A stretch of DNA of 64,000 nucleotides from assembly GCA_963806225.1 (NCBI GenBank), contig CAWDXG010000004.1, forward strand, positions 5,312,001 to 5,376,000. The letters are read 5' to 3'. Numbering within the stretch: position 1 is the stretch's first letter; the number at the start of each line of letters is the position of its first letter. This DNA comes from an uncultured delta proteobacterium (lineage in GTDB: Bacteria > Myxococcota_A > Polyangia > Polyangiales > Polyangiaceae). The notes beneath the pieces were generated by a model. It searched no databases. It had not been told where the DNA came from and worked only from the letters and a program-made list of their open reading frames with translations. This document shows, piece after piece, positions 8,228 through 19,593 of the stretch. The position numbers were made by a program, and so were the translations under genes.

Positions 8228-10732
8228 ATGACGACAGAGGGCAGTCTCGATCCCCAACAGCTCCCCGATGAACCGCAGAGCCGCCACGCGCTGGCCGCGG
8301 AGTTGAAGCAGAAGGCGCTGGCGGCGCAGCAGCGCGGCGAGCTCCTGACGGCGATGCTGCACGCATCCGACGCGCTCATGCTGTACCCGAACGAGCGCGA
8401 GTATCTCGATCTGGTCGACGAGATCGCCTTGGCGACGCAGGACCCGCTGTCGCTCGTTCCGGTGGCGACCGGAGCGGTTCACGTGGCGACAGCTGCGGTG
8501 CGGGCGCGCATCATGATGATGCAGAAGGATCTGGGCGGCGCAATCGAGCTCGTGTGCGAGGTCGTCGATGTGGCGCCCGACCTCGACTACTTCGACTGGG
8601 TGCGTCGCTGGCTGCAGCCGCAGATCATCGATTCGCTGGGCTGGGAAAAGCTGGCACCGGGCGTGGTGCGCACCAGCGTCGGGCTGCTCCGCGAGGCGCC
8701 CCCTGGCGCTTCGCCAGATCATCCGTGTCTCCCGAACATCCGCTCGGCGGCGGATGCGCTCGCAATCCTCCGCCAGCACTTCGCGGACAAGCCGGAGCTC
8801 TACTTCGGCGAAGCGGCGCTGCGCCGCAGGCTCGGTGACCCGAACGCGACGCTGGCCGTGGCGAACGAAGGCGTGCAGCGCTTCCCCAACGAATGGTCGG
8901 CACTGACGACCATGGAGAACGCGCTCGGCGACGCCGGCCACCCCGACGACGCGCTTGCCTATGCGCGCCGGGCGATGCAGCTCGATCCTGGAGACTACTC
9001 GCCGCTGGACGACGCGGCCTGGGGCTACATCAAGGCGCAGCGCTTCGACCAGGCGGCGCAGATCTTCGACGAGATCATCGCGGCCAAGCCCGGCTTCCCC
9101 GGCGAGCGCCACGCCGCGCTGCACTACTGCCGCTTCCGCGCCACTGGCTCGCCCGAGGAGCGCCAGGCGCTATTGCGGATGCGCGATCGGCATTGGTGGA
9201 ACGACACCGCGCAGGATCTCGCCGACGAGATCGATCCGCCCGTCGAGTTCGAGAACACACTGCCGGGGCCGCAGGATCCGACGGCCTACGCCGGCCACGG
9301 GCTGGTGCGCGAGATCAAGCAGATCATCCAGTGTTGCGGCCAGGGCGGCAGTGTCGAGACGGAGCTCGAGAGCCAGTACCTGGATGCGCCCAGCGTGCCG
9401 ATGGCGTTCGACCTCTCGCTGAGGAGCCTGGGCGCGGGAGGCAAGCTGAACATCAAGGTCAGCGAGGTACAGCAGCCCGACCCGCGCGCGGACAAGGCGC
9501 AGGTGCAATACCGGCTGTGGCAGTACCAGGGCACGACGCCCCAGCGCGTGTACGGCCAGGCCGACCCGCGCGTGCAGCAGGCGATCGCGCAGATCGCCGA
9601 CCAGGTGTTCTCGCGCGAGGGCTGGGACCAGGCGGCGCGCGCTGTCGCGGCGTGGGGCCCGGATTGGATCCACGCCTTCATGGCGGTGATGACCGATCCG
9701 CCGCTCCTGCCGCAGAACAGCGAGTTCGACGGCTTCATCTGGACCTACCGCTGCCAGGTGGCGACGGCGATCGTGCTTTCGCACCTTGGTCCGTGGGAGA
9801 GCGGTCCCGGGCGTGGGGCGCTCTACTCGCTCCTGTACGGTCCCAGCGACTGGACCACCGACGCGGCGATCATCGCGATGTACTTCCGCGCCAAGGAAGA
9901 CCCCGCGCTCCGGCCCGAGGTCGAGAACATGTTCCAGTGGATGCGCGGGCAGATCCCGGAAAAGGGCTTCACCAGCTGGGAGGCGCCGCTCGCGCACTCG
10001 TGGCGCGCGCTCGGCGGTCATTCCCCCGAGGTGGAGCGCGAGCTGGACGCGTGGATCACGCGCTACCACCGGAGCTACTCGAAGAAGAACCGCGTGCTTC
10101 CGCCCGAGCGCCGCTATGGCGGTCTCACGCTCAGGCAGTACGCCGAGTTCAGCGTCGAGCGCGACGCGATCATGGCCAAACAGGGCTACACGGGGCGGCT
10201 CGGCAATATCGCGAAGTTCGGCCAGGCGCCGCCGCCCGGTATGCAGGAGCTCTGCGATCGCTTCGGTGTGCCGATGGGCGGAGTCGGCGGCGTGGTCCAT
10301 CCGTACATCCAGGAATGGCAGGAGGCGATGAACGGCAATCCGGACCTGCACCGCGAGTTCCTCGAGCTAGGCCGCGAGATCCAGCTCGAGAAGCAGGGCG
10401 TCAGCGCGGAGGAAAAGGCCGCGCTCGACAACATCCTCGACGGCAACATGGACATGCACGAACGCATGGCCCAGGCGCAGCAGGCGCAGCGCGCAGTGGC
10501 CGAGGGCAACGCGGGCGATCCCGATCCAGTTGTGTTCCCCGGCCAGCCTGTCGCGAAGCTGAGCGACTACGTTGGCATCATGAAGGGCATGCAGACGGGC
10601 GACATGATGGGCGCGCTCGGTCGCTATGGCCTCGACATGATGAGCTATGGCGGCGTCGCCCAGGCCTGGGGCGCCAAGATGGCCGCCGACCCGGTGCTGA
10701 TGGAGAAGTTCACGCGGATGATGAACGGCTGA
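8228..10732 (+). CDS. Large TPR-repeat protein of unknown function
   Basis: GGAGGG RBS before ATG 8228; TPR-like helices (ALAYARRAMQLDP, AAQIFDEIIAAKP); strong GC3 codon bias. Confidence 0.8.
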   Translation: MTTEGSLDPQQLPDEPQSRHALAAELKQKALAAQQRGELLTAMLHASDALMLYPNEREYLDLVDEIALATQDPLSLVPVATGAVHVATAAVRARIMMMQKDLGGAIELVCEVVDVAPDLDYFDWVRRWLQPQIIDSLGWEKLAPGVVRTSVGLLREAPPGASPDHPCLPNIRSAADALAILRQHFADKPELYFGEAALRRRLGDPNATLAVANEGVQRFPNEWSALTTMENALGDAGHPDDALAYARRAMQLDPGDYSPLDDAAWGYIKAQRFDQAAQIFDEIIAAKPGFPGERHAALHYCRFRATGSPEERQALLRMRDRHWWNDTAQDLADEIDPPVEFENTLPGPQDPTAYAGHGLVREIKQIIQCCGQGGSVETELESQYLDAPSVPMAFDLSLRSLGAGGKLNIKVSEVQQPDPRADKAQVQYRLWQYQGTTPQRVYGQADPRVQQAIAQIADQVFSREGWDQAARAVAAWGPDWIHAFMAVMTDPPLLPQNSEFDGFIWTYRCQVATAIVLSHLGPWESGPGRGALYSLLYGPSDWTTDAAIIAMYFRAKEDPALRPEVENMFQWMRGQIPEKGFTSWEAPLAHSWRALGGHSPEVERELDAWITRYHRSYSKKNRVLPPERRYGGLTLRQYAEFSVERDAIMAKQGYTGRLGNIAKFGQAPPPGMQELCDRFGVPMGGVGGVVHPYIQEWQEAMNGNPDLHREFLELGREIQLEKQGVSAEEKAALDNILDGNMDMHERMAQAQQAQRAVAEGNAGDPDPVVFPGQPVAKLSDYVGIMKGMQTGDMMGALGRYGLDMMSYGGVAQAWGAKMAADPVLMEKFTRMMNG

Positions 10733-10793
10733 GGCCAGTCTGAACCCGCACGCTCCACAGCCCACCGACGCCCCGGGCAACCTGGGCCGCAGC

Positions 10794-12587
10794 ATGCTGG
10801 GCGTGTTCCGCTACGGCGGACGCGCCCTCGGGCTGGTGTGGAGCACGAGCAGGACGCTGTCGGTGGCGTTCGGCGTGCTCACGCTGGTAGCCGGTCTGCT
10901 GCCTGCCGCGATCGCGTTTACCGGCGCGCGCATCGTCGACTCGGTCGTCGCTGCGCACGCGGCGTCCGTCGCGGGACACGCGGTTTCGCTAGCGACGGTC
11001 GGTACCTGGATCGCCGTCGAGGGTGCTCTGGTCGCCGCCCTGGCCGGCACCACGCGCGGCATCTCGCTCTGTCAGTCGCTCCTGCGCGCGCAGCTCGGCG
11101 AGCGCGTCAACGAGATGATCCTCGAGAAGGCTCTGACCCTGGAGCTGACGCAGTTCGAGGATTCGGAGTTCTACGACAAGCTCACGCGGGCGCGTCGCGA
11201 AGCGTCGTCGCGCCCGCTGTCGCTGGTCACGCGCACCTTCGGCCTCGCTCGCAACGTGGTGTCGCTCCTGAGCTACGGCGCGCTCCTGGTGCACTTCTCG
11301 CCCTGGGCGGTCGTGGTGCTGCTGGTCGCGGGGCTGCCGGCCTTCGCCGCCGAGACGCGTTTCTCGGGAGAAGCATTTCGTCTGTTCCGCTGGCGCTCCC
11401 CGGAAACCCGCATGCAGATGTACCTGGAGACGGTCCTCGCGCGCGAAGATCACGCCAAGGAGGTCAAGCTTTTCGATCTAGGTCCACGCCTTCTGGATCG
11501 CTACCGGCGGATCTTCCAGATGCTGTACCGGGCGGATCGCAATCTCACGATTCGCCGCGACGGCTGGGGTTTTGTCCTCGGCCTGCTGGGGACCGCCGCG
11601 CTCTACGGCGCCTACGCCTGGGTCGCCGTCACCACAGTGTTCGGTCGCATCACGCTCGGCCAGATGACCATGTACCTGGCGCTGTTCCGTCAGGGCCAAT
11701 CGTCGGTGTCGGCCATCCTGGCGGGCATCGGAGGGATGTACGAGGACAACCTCTACCTTTCCACGTTGTACGAATTCCTGGAAACCCCCGTGGCGTCGCC
11801 CGCGGGCACTGCAACCGAGGGGCCCGAGCCGAGCGACGGCGTCCGCTTCGAGCACGTGAGCTTCACCTACCCGGGCGCCGAGGCGCCGGCGCTGGACGAC
11901 ATCGAGCTCCGCATCCGCCCGGGCGAATCCCTGGCGCTGGTCGGCGAGAACGGTTCCGGCAAGACGACGCTGATCAAGCTGCTGACGCGGCTGTACCGGC
12001 CGCAAACGGGGCGCGTCCTGCTCGACGGCCTCGACCTCCAGGAGTGGGACAAGGACGCGCTGCGCCGGCGCGTCGGCGTCATCTTCCAGGACTTTGCCCG
12101 CTACCAGATGCGCGTCGGCGAGAACATCGGCGCCGGCGACGTGCGCTACTTCGAGGACGCCGAGCGCTGGCGCGAAGCGGCCGACCGCGGCATGGCGACG
12201 CCCTTCGTCGACGCCCTGCCGGAAGGTTTCGACACGCAGCTGGGCCGCTGGTTCAAGGACGGTCGCGAGCTCTCCGGTGGGCAGTGGCAGAAGGTCGCGC
12301 TGTCGCGCGCCTTCATGCGGCGCGACGCCGACGTGCTCGTGCTCGACGAGCCGACGGCGGCGATGGACGCCGGCGCCGAAGCGGAAGTGTTCGAGCAGTT
12401 CCGGAAGCTCGCGAGCGATCGAATCGTGATCCTGATCTCACATCGCTTCTCCACCGTGCGCATGGCCGACCAGATCGTCGTCCTGCACGGCGGCCGCATC
12501 CAGGAGCGAGGCAGCCACGAGGAACTGATGGCGCTCGACGGGCATTATGCGCGCCTGTTCTCGCTGCAGGCACGCGGGTATCGGTAG
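10794..12587 (+). CDS. ABC exporter, fused permease + ATPase
   Basis: N-terminal TM domain; Walker A GENGSGKT, signature LSGGQWQ, Walker B LVLDEPT, ISHR. Confidence 0.95.
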   Translation: MLGVFRYGGRALGLVWSTSRTLSVAFGVLTLVAGLLPAAIAFTGARIVDSVVAAHAASVAGHAVSLATVGTWIAVEGALVAALAGTTRGISLCQSLLRAQLGERVNEMILEKALTLELTQFEDSEFYDKLTRARREASSRPLSLVTRTFGLARNVVSLLSYGALLVHFSPWAVVVLLVAGLPAFAAETRFSGEAFRLFRWRSPETRMQMYLETVLAREDHAKEVKLFDLGPRLLDRYRRIFQMLYRADRNLTIRRDGWGFVLGLLGTAALYGAYAWVAVTTVFGRITLGQMTMYLALFRQGQSSVSAILAGIGGMYEDNLYLSTLYEFLETPVASPAGTATEGPEPSDGVRFEHVSFTYPGAEAPALDDIELRIRPGESLALVGENGSGKTTLIKLLTRLYRPQTGRVLLDGLDLQEWDKDALRRRVGVIFQDFARYQMRVGENIGAGDVRYFEDAERWREAADRGMATPFVDALPEGFDTQLGRWFKDGRELSGGQWQKVALSRAFMRRDADVLVLDEPTAAMDAGAEAEVFEQFRKLASDRIVILISHRFSTVRMADQIVVLHGGRIQERGSHEELMALDGHYARLFSLQARGYR

Positions 12588-13040
12588 CCGCGCGCGACAG
12601 TGCAGCTGCTGCGTCGCGAGGGTGCGCGAGCACGAACAGCGTAGTCGGCGTCAGATCGGGGTGTGAAAGGTGCCAGTACTCGATGCCCCGGAATGTGCCG
12701 TTGGCCCCGCCCAGGTCGTACCAGCTCGTGAACAGAGCCCGAAGCCAGCCCGCCCTCGTCGGGACATGGAGCGGGTCACGGCCAGGGAATCCAACCGCCG
12801 TCCGGAGGGGGAGCTGGCCGCCACTCGCCCGGGTGTGGAGCGGAGAAGTCGCTCGCGAGCCTGCACCGCGGCCGCGGAGCTCGGCGATTCGTGGCTGTCA
12901 ATTGTCTCGAATCGTTGGCATACTATGCAGTTGTGTGAATGCCGCGCTCACCCCGCTGGAGACACCGCGAGGGGTTGGGCATCGGGATTGTGACGGGCCG
13001 ATGACGCAGGTTTTCCGTAGTTCCCTTTCCCGGCTGTACG

Positions 13041-13649
13041 ATGGCCGGGGTCACGGCTGGGCAAATCCTGGACCCTGAGGAATCGATGGAGCTGGTCGAT
13101 AATCTTCTCGAAGAGCACCGCCTGATCAAGAACGTGGTTGAAGCGTTCGAGGTGTACGTGGACTCCGTGGATCTCCGGAACAAGGTCGAGCAGCACGATC
13201 TGTTCCGGTTCGTCACGTTCTTTTCGGACTTCGCCGACGACATCCACCACGCGAAGGAAGAGAGCCTGCTGTTCCCTGCGCTGGAGCGCAATGGCTTCGC
13301 CGCGAAGGTGGGGCCGTTGGCCCTCATACGCAAGCAACACTCGCGGGAGCGTCTTCTGTATGCAGGGCTGAAGCGTGCCGCGACCGATCGACACGCCTGG
13401 ACCGACGCCCGCATCGGGGAGCTGGTGAGGTCCGCACGCACGCTCATCGACTTCGAGCGCGCGCACGTCGAAGAAGAGAACTCGCGGCTGCTACCTGCGG
13501 CGCGGGTCGAGCTCGCGAACGAGGACCCCAGCGTCGTGGCGAAGAGCCTGGAGCGGTTCGAACGCGTCCACTCCCTCGGTGGCTACGCGGACTATCTGCG
13601 CCGGCTCGCCGACGAGTTGTTCGCGACGTACGTGTCCGAAGCGGCGTGA
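13041..13649 (+). CDS. Hemerythrin/HHE cation-binding domain protein
   Basis: EEH, HHAKEESLLFP, QH, HVEEEN ligand pattern; alternative start 13086. Confidence 0.85.
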   Translation: MAGVTAGQILDPEESMELVDNLLEEHRLIKNVVEAFEVYVDSVDLRNKVEQHDLFRFVTFFSDFADDIHHAKEESLLFPALERNGFAAKVGPLALIRKQHSRERLLYAGLKRAATDRHAWTDARIGELVRSARTLIDFERAHVEEENSRLLPAARVELANEDPSVVAKSLERFERVHSLGGYADYLRRLADELFATYVSEAA

Positions 13650-13698
13650 TGCCGGTCCGGCGCCCGGGCCACGGCCTGCTGGCTGCGAAGCGGATCGG

Positions 13699-14094
13699 CT
13701 ACGTCGTCGTCTCGCCCGTCGCCAAGAGCAGCGCCTGGCGGAAGCTTGCCGGGCTGTCGTGCAGCTTGGCGAGGCCGCCCAGCGCGATGTTGCCGACGGA
13801 CACGCCCATCTTGACAATCCTCGAGCGGGTCAGGATGTCCGCGCTCTGGATCTGTCTCCGGTGCTCCAGCGACCAGCCGGTGAGCGCGTAGCGCGCCGGG
13901 TTGTCGTAGCCGTCTACTTCCCACCAGTCGTGGAAGAAGCACAGCTTTTCGCTCGGGCTTCGTTTGGCGAATTCGATGAAACGCTGCACGAGCTCGGTGC
14001 GGAGCCTGCCCTCCACGACGTAGAGGAGCACACCGGGTCGCGGCTCGCTCGCGTGCATCACTCCGTCCTCGTCGTTGAACTCTGCGCGGCGCAT
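13699..14094 (-). CDS. Small hypothetical protein, probably STAS/SEC14 (SpoIIAA-like) fold
   Basis: Alpha/beta pattern VLLYVVEGRL..FFHDWWEVDGYDNPAR..DILTRSRIVKMGV; coding-like codon use. Confidence 0.6.
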   Translation of the reverse strand: MRRAEFNDEDGVMHASEPRPGVLLYVVEGRLRTELVQRFIEFAKRSPSEKLCFFHDWWEVDGYDNPARYALTGWSLEHRRQIQSADILTRSRIVKMGVSVGNIALGGLAKLHDSPASFRQALLLATGETTT

Positions 14095-14203
14095 CGCGAG
14101 CGAGCATAGCCCGGAAGGGGCGGCGTGACAGCAGACCGGCCTATCGTCGATCGAACGCCGGCGCGACTATGGCGGACACGATCACGTAGTCAGTGGCGTG
14201 CTG

Positions 14204-16384
14204 TCATGATTTCTGCGGCGCGCGCCGGGCGTGACCGGCGAGGGGACCGCCGAGGCGGACGCGCCAGATGTCGAAGTTGCCCGCGACGTTCACGGAGAAA
14301 TAGACGAAGTCGCCGCCCCAGACCGGCTGCTCCATGTCCGCGGTCCCGTCCGTGAGCTGCTGCACGCCGCTGCCGTCTGCGCGCATCACGAACAGGTTCC
14401 AGATGGGGGAGGACGAGCCCCTGTGGCCGCAGTTGGCGATGTATCCGATGAACGCTCCGTCGCCGGACCATGTGGCGTCCTCGTGGTGGCAGGAGCCGGA
14501 TGTGAGCGCCTTCACGGATCCGTTCCCATCAGGATCCCGCAGCATGATCTGCCGGTAGCGATTGATCGTGCGGGTGTAGGCGATGACGCTGCCGTCGGGG
14601 CTCCATGCGGGATTGAGGCCGGCACCGAGCTTCGTCTTCTCTACGCCGTCCAGCGTCGCGACGTACATGTAGTAGCCGCCACGGTGCGTTTCCGCCGCGG
14701 CGTACGCGACTCGCTTGCTGTCGGGCGAGACGCTGGGCCGGTCGATGTCGTGCCCCGCGCTCGCCAAATCGCGCACCGGCGCGAAGCGGGCCGCCGAGAG
14801 CGCGTGCCGGAGCGTTGCCCGGCCGTTCCCTGGCTCTGCCACGTAGAGGAACCCGCTGCCGTCGGGGAGCCACACGGGGCGCCGCGCATGCTGCCGGGCA
14901 CCCACGTATTCGGTGCCCCGGAACGCGCCGTCGGGACCGGACGCCATGATGGCGTCGTCGTGCTCTTCCTCCGGCACGCGGAGGTCGTAGAGAAGGAGTC
15001 GCCCGTCCGGCGAAGGCGCCGGGGAAAACTCGTTCATCGGATCGTAGGTCAGGCGCTCGAGGTCGCCGGCGTTGCCCTGGGCAGCCAGGTCGTGCGGTGG
15101 ACCCAGGCTCACGAGCACCAGGACAGCGGACAGCGCCAATAGTCCCATCGCCCAGACCGCCGCCCAGCGCCAACGACGATGCTCGTCGCGCCGCTGGAAG
15201 AGCGTTTCCTCGAGCGACGCAGTCTCGCTGTCCTGGGTGGCGGCTTCGCGGCGAGCGTCCAGACCGAGAACGTTCTCCTCGCCGCAGTACACGCAGGCCA
15301 CGAGCACCGACCCCGGAGGCTCGACGAGCGGAGCGTTGCAGGAGCGGCAGCGGTGAGGCTCGCCTTCCCGGGCTGGCGCGCGGGCGGAAAAGTGCAAAGT
15401 GAGCAGGCGCAGCGCCTGCCGATCGGTGAACTGACCTCTGAACAGGAAGAAGAACCCGGCAATGGCGGCGAACGCTGCGATGATCAAGAGCAGCCCGTTG
15501 AAGATGCGCAGGAAACACAGCATGTACAGGCCGGCCGCAACGCCCATGACCGCCAGCCACACGCCGAGTGATGGCAGCGCGACCAGAACGATCGCCAGGC
15601 TCGAGCGCAGGGCTCCCGGTTGACGAACGAGCTTCTCGACCAGGCGCTCTGCTTGGCGGCGGCTCGTGTCGCGATTCAGGACCGCGCGGATGCGTGCACG
15701 GATGTCCTCGGCGACACGCACCCAGGAAGAGCAGTACCCGCACTGGATCCACTCCTGATCCGCCGGCGACGCGGGCGCGCCGCAGTTGTTGCAGTGCAGA
15801 GCCGTTACGGGACCCGAAGCTGCGCTCCCGCCGGCGGCCAGGCTCCGGGCGCGCGCGGCCGAAGCCTTGATCGAGTCGCACAGTGCCTCCAGGCTCGCGC
15901 GCTCCTGGTTGTTTTCGGCGCTCGCGAGCACGATGTCATCGAGCTTGAGCTCCCAGAAGTTCACCCGTACGTGATCCTCTTCCACGAGCTCCAGGTTCTC
16001 GTGCCTGCCGACCAGTTCGACGCTGTCCGGATCGATCTGGTTCCATGCGCGGAAGAGCCCGCCGTTGGGCCCTCCTGCGACGCGCAGACCGTCCGCAGCC
16101 ATGACGATGTCGCTGGGCCGCTCGCGCACGGCCAGCCTCAGGTGCTTCCAGCCGTAGGCCAGGATCCCGAAGCCGGCGAACATCACGAAGAGGATGACCA
16201 ACCCGAGCTGGAAGTAGGCCTCCAGTGCTTCGTCCAGCGGCAGGAACACGGCCGGGAAGACGAGCGCACAGGCCAGGAGGACTCCCGGCGCGAAGGCTGC
16301 CGCGGCGCGTGTCACACCCCCGAGCGACGAGGTTCCGACCTGGAGCGGCAGACGCAGATCGCGATGCATCGGATCCGCGATCAT
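14204..16384 (-). CDS. Membrane protein with two Zn-ribbons and a C-terminal TolB-like (PD40) beta-propeller
   Basis: About 5 TM helices; CNNC..CGYC and CRSC..CVYC; repeats PAPSPDG, PVWLPDG, PSVSPDS, PAWSPDG, ATWSGDG. Confidence 0.85.
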   Translation of the reverse strand: MIADPMHRDLRLPLQVGTSSLGGVTRAAAAFAPGVLLACALVFPAVFLPLDEALEAYFQLGLVILFVMFAGFGILAYGWKHLRLAVRERPSDIVMAADGLRVAGGPNGGLFRAWNQIDPDSVELVGRHENLELVEEDHVRVNFWELKLDDIVLASAENNQERASLEALCDSIKASAARARSLAAGGSAASGPVTALHCNNCGAPASPADQEWIQCGYCSSWVRVAEDIRARIRAVLNRDTSRRQAERLVEKLVRQPGALRSSLAIVLVALPSLGVWLAVMGVAAGLYMLCFLRIFNGLLLIIAAFAAIAGFFFLFRGQFTDRQALRLLTLHFSARAPAREGEPHRCRSCNAPLVEPPGSVLVACVYCGEENVLGLDARREAATQDSETASLEETLFQRRDEHRRWRWAAVWAMGLLALSAVLVLVSLGPPHDLAAQGNAGDLERLTYDPMNEFSPAPSPDGRLLLYDLRVPEEEHDDAIMASGPDGAFRGTEYVGARQHARRPVWLPDGSGFLYVAEPGNGRATLRHALSAARFAPVRDLASAGHDIDRPSVSPDSKRVAYAAAETHRGGYYMYVATLDGVEKTKLGAGLNPAWSPDGSVIAYTRTINRYRQIMLRDPDGNGSVKALTSGSCHHEDATWSGDGAFIGYIANCGHRGSSSPIWNLFVMRADGSGVQQLTDGTADMEQPVWGGDFVYFSVNVAGNFDIWRVRLGGPLAGHARRAPQKS

Positions 16385-16490
16385 AACCGAATCCGGAGAG
16401 ACGGCGGAAGCGGTCCGCCGCGTTGCATGCTCCCGATATGCTCGGGGCTGAGCATCTCGTCGACGGCGGCGCGTCGACGAGATGCGGGAT

Positions 16491-18245
16491 CTACCGCGCC
16501 TTCCACGTAAACGTATCCACCAGCACGGGCCTCGCGTCGCTTCCCAGCGGGTCGACGAGGCCGACGACCCAGCCGTCGACGGCGCTGCCGTCGGCGTGGA
16601 CGCGCAGGCGCACGAAGTGCTTGAAACCGGGATGGTCGAGGGCCGTGAAGGCCTGCGTGTTTTCCAGGCCCAGCGCAGTCAGAAGCGCGAGGTAGGCGCC
16701 GAAAATGAACGTGCCGCCGAGCACGCCGGCGACGAGCGAGATCGCCGCGAGCAGAAGCGGCGCGAGATGGATACCCGCGGCGCCGAGCGCGTGATCGAGC
16801 AGCCACGAGAAAGCGACCGGCACCGAGGCGGTCGCCACCGCTGCGACCAGCGCGTACAGGAGCGTGATGCGCTGCCCACGGCGGATGCCGCCGATGAGCG
16901 CGTACACGATCGTCACGACGACCGTAATGGCCAGCGGCGCGCTGGCCATCACCCCGGTGCGCTCGTAGATGCGGAGCCCTACGCTCACCGCCGGCACGAA
17001 CAACAGCAGCATCGCGTAGTGCGGCAGGAAGCCCGAGCGACCGAGCATGATCTTCCACGGCACCCGCCACAAGAGGCGCCGGCACTGTGGCGCGTCGGGA
17101 AACTCCACTTCGGCGGGGCGCAGGCCCTTTCGCCGGAGCGGCGCGGGATGCAGGAACGCGCCGCCACCGCCCGCCGTCACGAACTGCGACGGCCCCTCCA
17201 CCTCGCGCCGGTAGTGGTGCACGTCGCCGGACAGCACGAAGTGCGGCCGCCCCGTCAGGCTCAGGCCCAGCGACTCCACCATCGCGCTGCCCGTGACGCT
17301 GTGGCCGCCGAAGCGGTAGGCCGGATCTGGCAGCACGACCCAGGGCGACATGGCCAGGTTCTGGTTCAGCCAGTTCACGAAGAAGTGCTGCTGGCGCGAG
17401 TCGATGTTCTTGAGCTGGCGGTCGACCGCGAGCACGCCAATGCCGGGCGCGATGGGCAGAGCGAAGTAGCTGGCGCTCTGTACTGGCTCGTAGCCCGTGA
17501 GGTCGAGCGTCTTCGGCTTGTCGATCTGCCCGCCGAGTACGAACTCGCGCGCGAAGTCGGCATAGCGATCGATGAGCGTCCGCGAGACGCGCCCGGAGCT
17601 CCGCCGATCGTCGCCGTCGGCGAGATGACGGCGGAACATGCGCCCGAAGCCGTCGAGCCCGTCGTACCAGTCGTGGTTGCCCGGAATGCCGAGCAGCACC
17701 CGCGGCCGGCCGTCGTCGCGCTTGTCGAGCACCTGGTTGAACGGTTCGATCACGCGCGCCGTGATCTCGTCGGCAGTGGCGACGGGGTAGGCCGTGTCGC
17801 CACCGAAGAGCAGCATGTCGCCGCGCGGTGCCGTGAGCGAAGCGCCGCCTCCCGACGGATCGGGCAACCGGTAGTCGCGGAACACCAGCCCCGCCACCGC
17901 GCGGCTCACCGACACGTCGTCGCCCGTGTCGGCGAGGTAGTCGATCCACAGATCGCGCCCCAGGCTCTCGGTGACGTTCTGCTGCCCCGGCGCGCCGCCC
18001 AGCAGCTCCGCGATGCGCCCCACGAGCACGGGCGGCGGGTCCGCGCTCATCCAGTCGCGCGAGTCGACGTCCTCTGTCGCGATCGCGCTGGCGATGAAGT
18101 GGCGCATGTGCCCCCAGAACGACCGCGCCCCGAACCACACCACGCCCCGTGGCCGCACCCGCCCGCGCGTGAAGCGCCCGTGCGGCGCTCCGGGCTGCCA
18201 GCGCTCGGGAGCCAGCGCGCCCGTCGGGTTGCCCGGAGCATTCAC
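16491..18245 (-). CDS. Calcineurin-like metallophosphoesterase with C-terminal TM helices
   Basis: [42 protein letters not shown] motifs; about 4 TM segments near the C-terminus. Confidence 0.85.
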   Translation of the reverse strand: MNAPGNPTGALAPERWQPGAPHGRFTRGRVRPRGVVWFGARSFWGHMRHFIASAIATEDVDSRDWMSADPPPVLVGRIAELLGGAPGQQNVTESLGRDLWIDYLADTGDDVSVSRAVAGLVFRDYRLPDPSGGGASLTAPRGDMLLFGGDTAYPVATADEITARVIEPFNQVLDKRDDGRPRVLLGIPGNHDWYDGLDGFGRMFRRHLADGDDRRSSGRVSRTLIDRYADFAREFVLGGQIDKPKTLDLTGYEPVQSASYFALPIAPGIGVLAVDRQLKNIDSRQQHFFVNWLNQNLAMSPWVVLPDPAYRFGGHSVTGSAMVESLGLSLTGRPHFVLSGDVHHYRREVEGPSQFVTAGGGGAFLHPAPLRRKGLRPAEVEFPDAPQCRRLLWRVPWKIMLGRSGFLPHYAMLLLFVPAVSVGLRIYERTGVMASAPLAITVVVTIVYALIGGIRRGQRITLLYALVAAVATASVPVAFSWLLDHALGAAGIHLAPLLLAAISLVAGVLGGTFIFGAYLALLTALGLENTQAFTALDHPGFKHFVRLRVHADGSAVDGWVVGLVDPLGSDARPVLVDTFTWKAR

Positions 18246-18488
18246 GGGGCGAAGGGTAGGCCAGGCCGGCCCGCGTTGTCAGCTGCGGCGCGCCGCACGC
18301 CCGTGTCCGCGCCGGCGCGACCGCCGCCTGCAGAAAGCGCGGTAGTCGAGCGCGTAGTCGGTGTGCCCGACCAACGCGTGGTCGCATCCCGCGTCACGCC
18401 GCACCATGTCCAGTTCTGGTCACAGGGAGGGAGTCACAACCCGATCGGGGGCTTGCGCGCTGCGCGAGGGAGGCCCAATAACGGTGGG

Positions 18489-19139
18489 GTGTCCGTTTCC
18501 GGTAGGAGGGTAGTGGGATGGCTGGTGCTGGCGGGGCTCGCCGGCTGCGGGCCGAAGCTCGCGCCGGCACAGGGCCCGGCCGGGCCGCCGCCCGTCGCGG
18601 CGGGCCAGCTCCGCAGCGTGAAGGACTTCTCCGGCATCCGCGACCCCGGGCAGCGTTCCGCCGCCATCTTCCTCGAGGCGAGCCGTGTGCTCACGCACCC
18701 GCGCTGCGTGAACTGTCACCCGAGCGGCGACTCGCCGCTGCAGGGCGACGCGGAGCAGGTGCACGAGCCGCCCGTTGTGCGCAGCGTCGACGACTTCGGC
18801 GTGGTCGGGATGCGCTGCTCGAGCTGCCACCAGGATCGGAACCAGGAGCTTGCGCGCGTGCCGGGCGCACCGAACTGGCGGCTCGCGCCGCTCTCCATGG
18901 CCTGGCAGGCCAAGACCCCACGACAGATCTGCGAGCAGCTGAAGGACCCGGCCCGCAACGGCCACCGCACGCTCGCCCAGGTCGTCTCGCACAGCGCGCA
19001 CGACTCGCTGGTCGGCTGGGGCTGGCATCCGGGCCACGACCGCGTGCCCGCGCCCGGAACACAGGCAGAGTTCGGCGAGCTGATGCAGGGGTGGGTCGAC
19101 ACCGGCGCTGTCTGCCCCGCGAAGGGAGCCAGGCCATGA
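18489..19139 (+). CDS. Di-heme c-type cytochrome lipoprotein associated with an isoquinoline 1-oxidoreductase-type operon
   Basis: GTG start (18489 or 18513); LAGC lipobox; CVNCH and CSSCH heme motifs; ATGA overlap with the 2Fe-2S subunit. Confidence 0.8.
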   Translation: MSVSGRRVVGWLVLAGLAGCGPKLAPAQGPAGPPPVAAGQLRSVKDFSGIRDPGQRSAAIFLEASRVLTHPRCVNCHPSGDSPLQGDAEQVHEPPVVRSVDDFGVVGMRCSSCHQDRNQELARVPGAPNWRLAPLSMAWQAKTPRQICEQLKDPARNGHRTLAQVVSHSAHDSLVGWGWHPGHDRVPAPGTQAEFGELMQGWVDTGAVCPAKGARP

Positions 19140-19591
19140 AGCTGAAGCTGTTCGTCAACGGTGTGGAGCACCACATCGACGCGGATCCCGACATGCCGCT
19201 GCTCTGGGCGCTGCGCGATCTGCTCGGGCTCACCGGCACCAAGTACGGCTGCGGGCAGGCGCTGTGCGGCGCTTGCACCGTGCACCTCGCCGGGCAGGTC
19301 GTGCGCAGCTGTGTGACGCCGCTCCGTCGCGCAGCGGATCGCGAGGTGCGCACGATCGAGGGGCTGTCGGCGGACGGCAGCCATCCGCTGCAGCGCGCCT
19401 GGGTCGAGCTGGGCGTACCGCAGTGCGGCTACTGCCAGGCGGGGCAGCTCATGACGGCCGCGGCGCTGCTCGCCGAGCACCCGCACCCGACCGACGAGCA
19501 GATCGATCAGTCGATGGCCGGCAACATCTGCCGTTGCGGCACGTACACGCGCATCCGCGAGGCGATCAAACGCGTCGCGGAAGGGAAGTAG
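19136..19591 (+). CDS. (2Fe-2S)-binding small subunit, IorA/CoxS type
   Basis: [30 protein letters not shown]. Confidence 0.95.
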   Translation: MKLKLFVNGVEHHIDADPDMPLLWALRDLLGLTGTKYGCGQALCGACTVHLAGQVVRSCVTPLRRAADREVRTIEGLSADGSHPLQRAWVELGVPQCGYCQAGQLMTAAALLAEHPHPTDEQIDQSMAGNICRCGTYTRIREAIKRVAEGK

Positions 19592-19593
19592 CG

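Noticed and set aside
12590..12900. Intergenic stretch with AGGGAA..GCCACT (cobalamin riboswitch-like) and a protein-like minus frame (LFTSWYDLGGANGTFRGIEYWHL)
   Set aside because: The remaining riboswitch core is not recognisable; the frame has no start codon and no family I can identify.
12916..12930. TGGCATACTATGCA as a sigma-54 promoter for the hemerythrin gene
   Set aside because: GG-to-GC spacing is 8 nt rather than the required 10.
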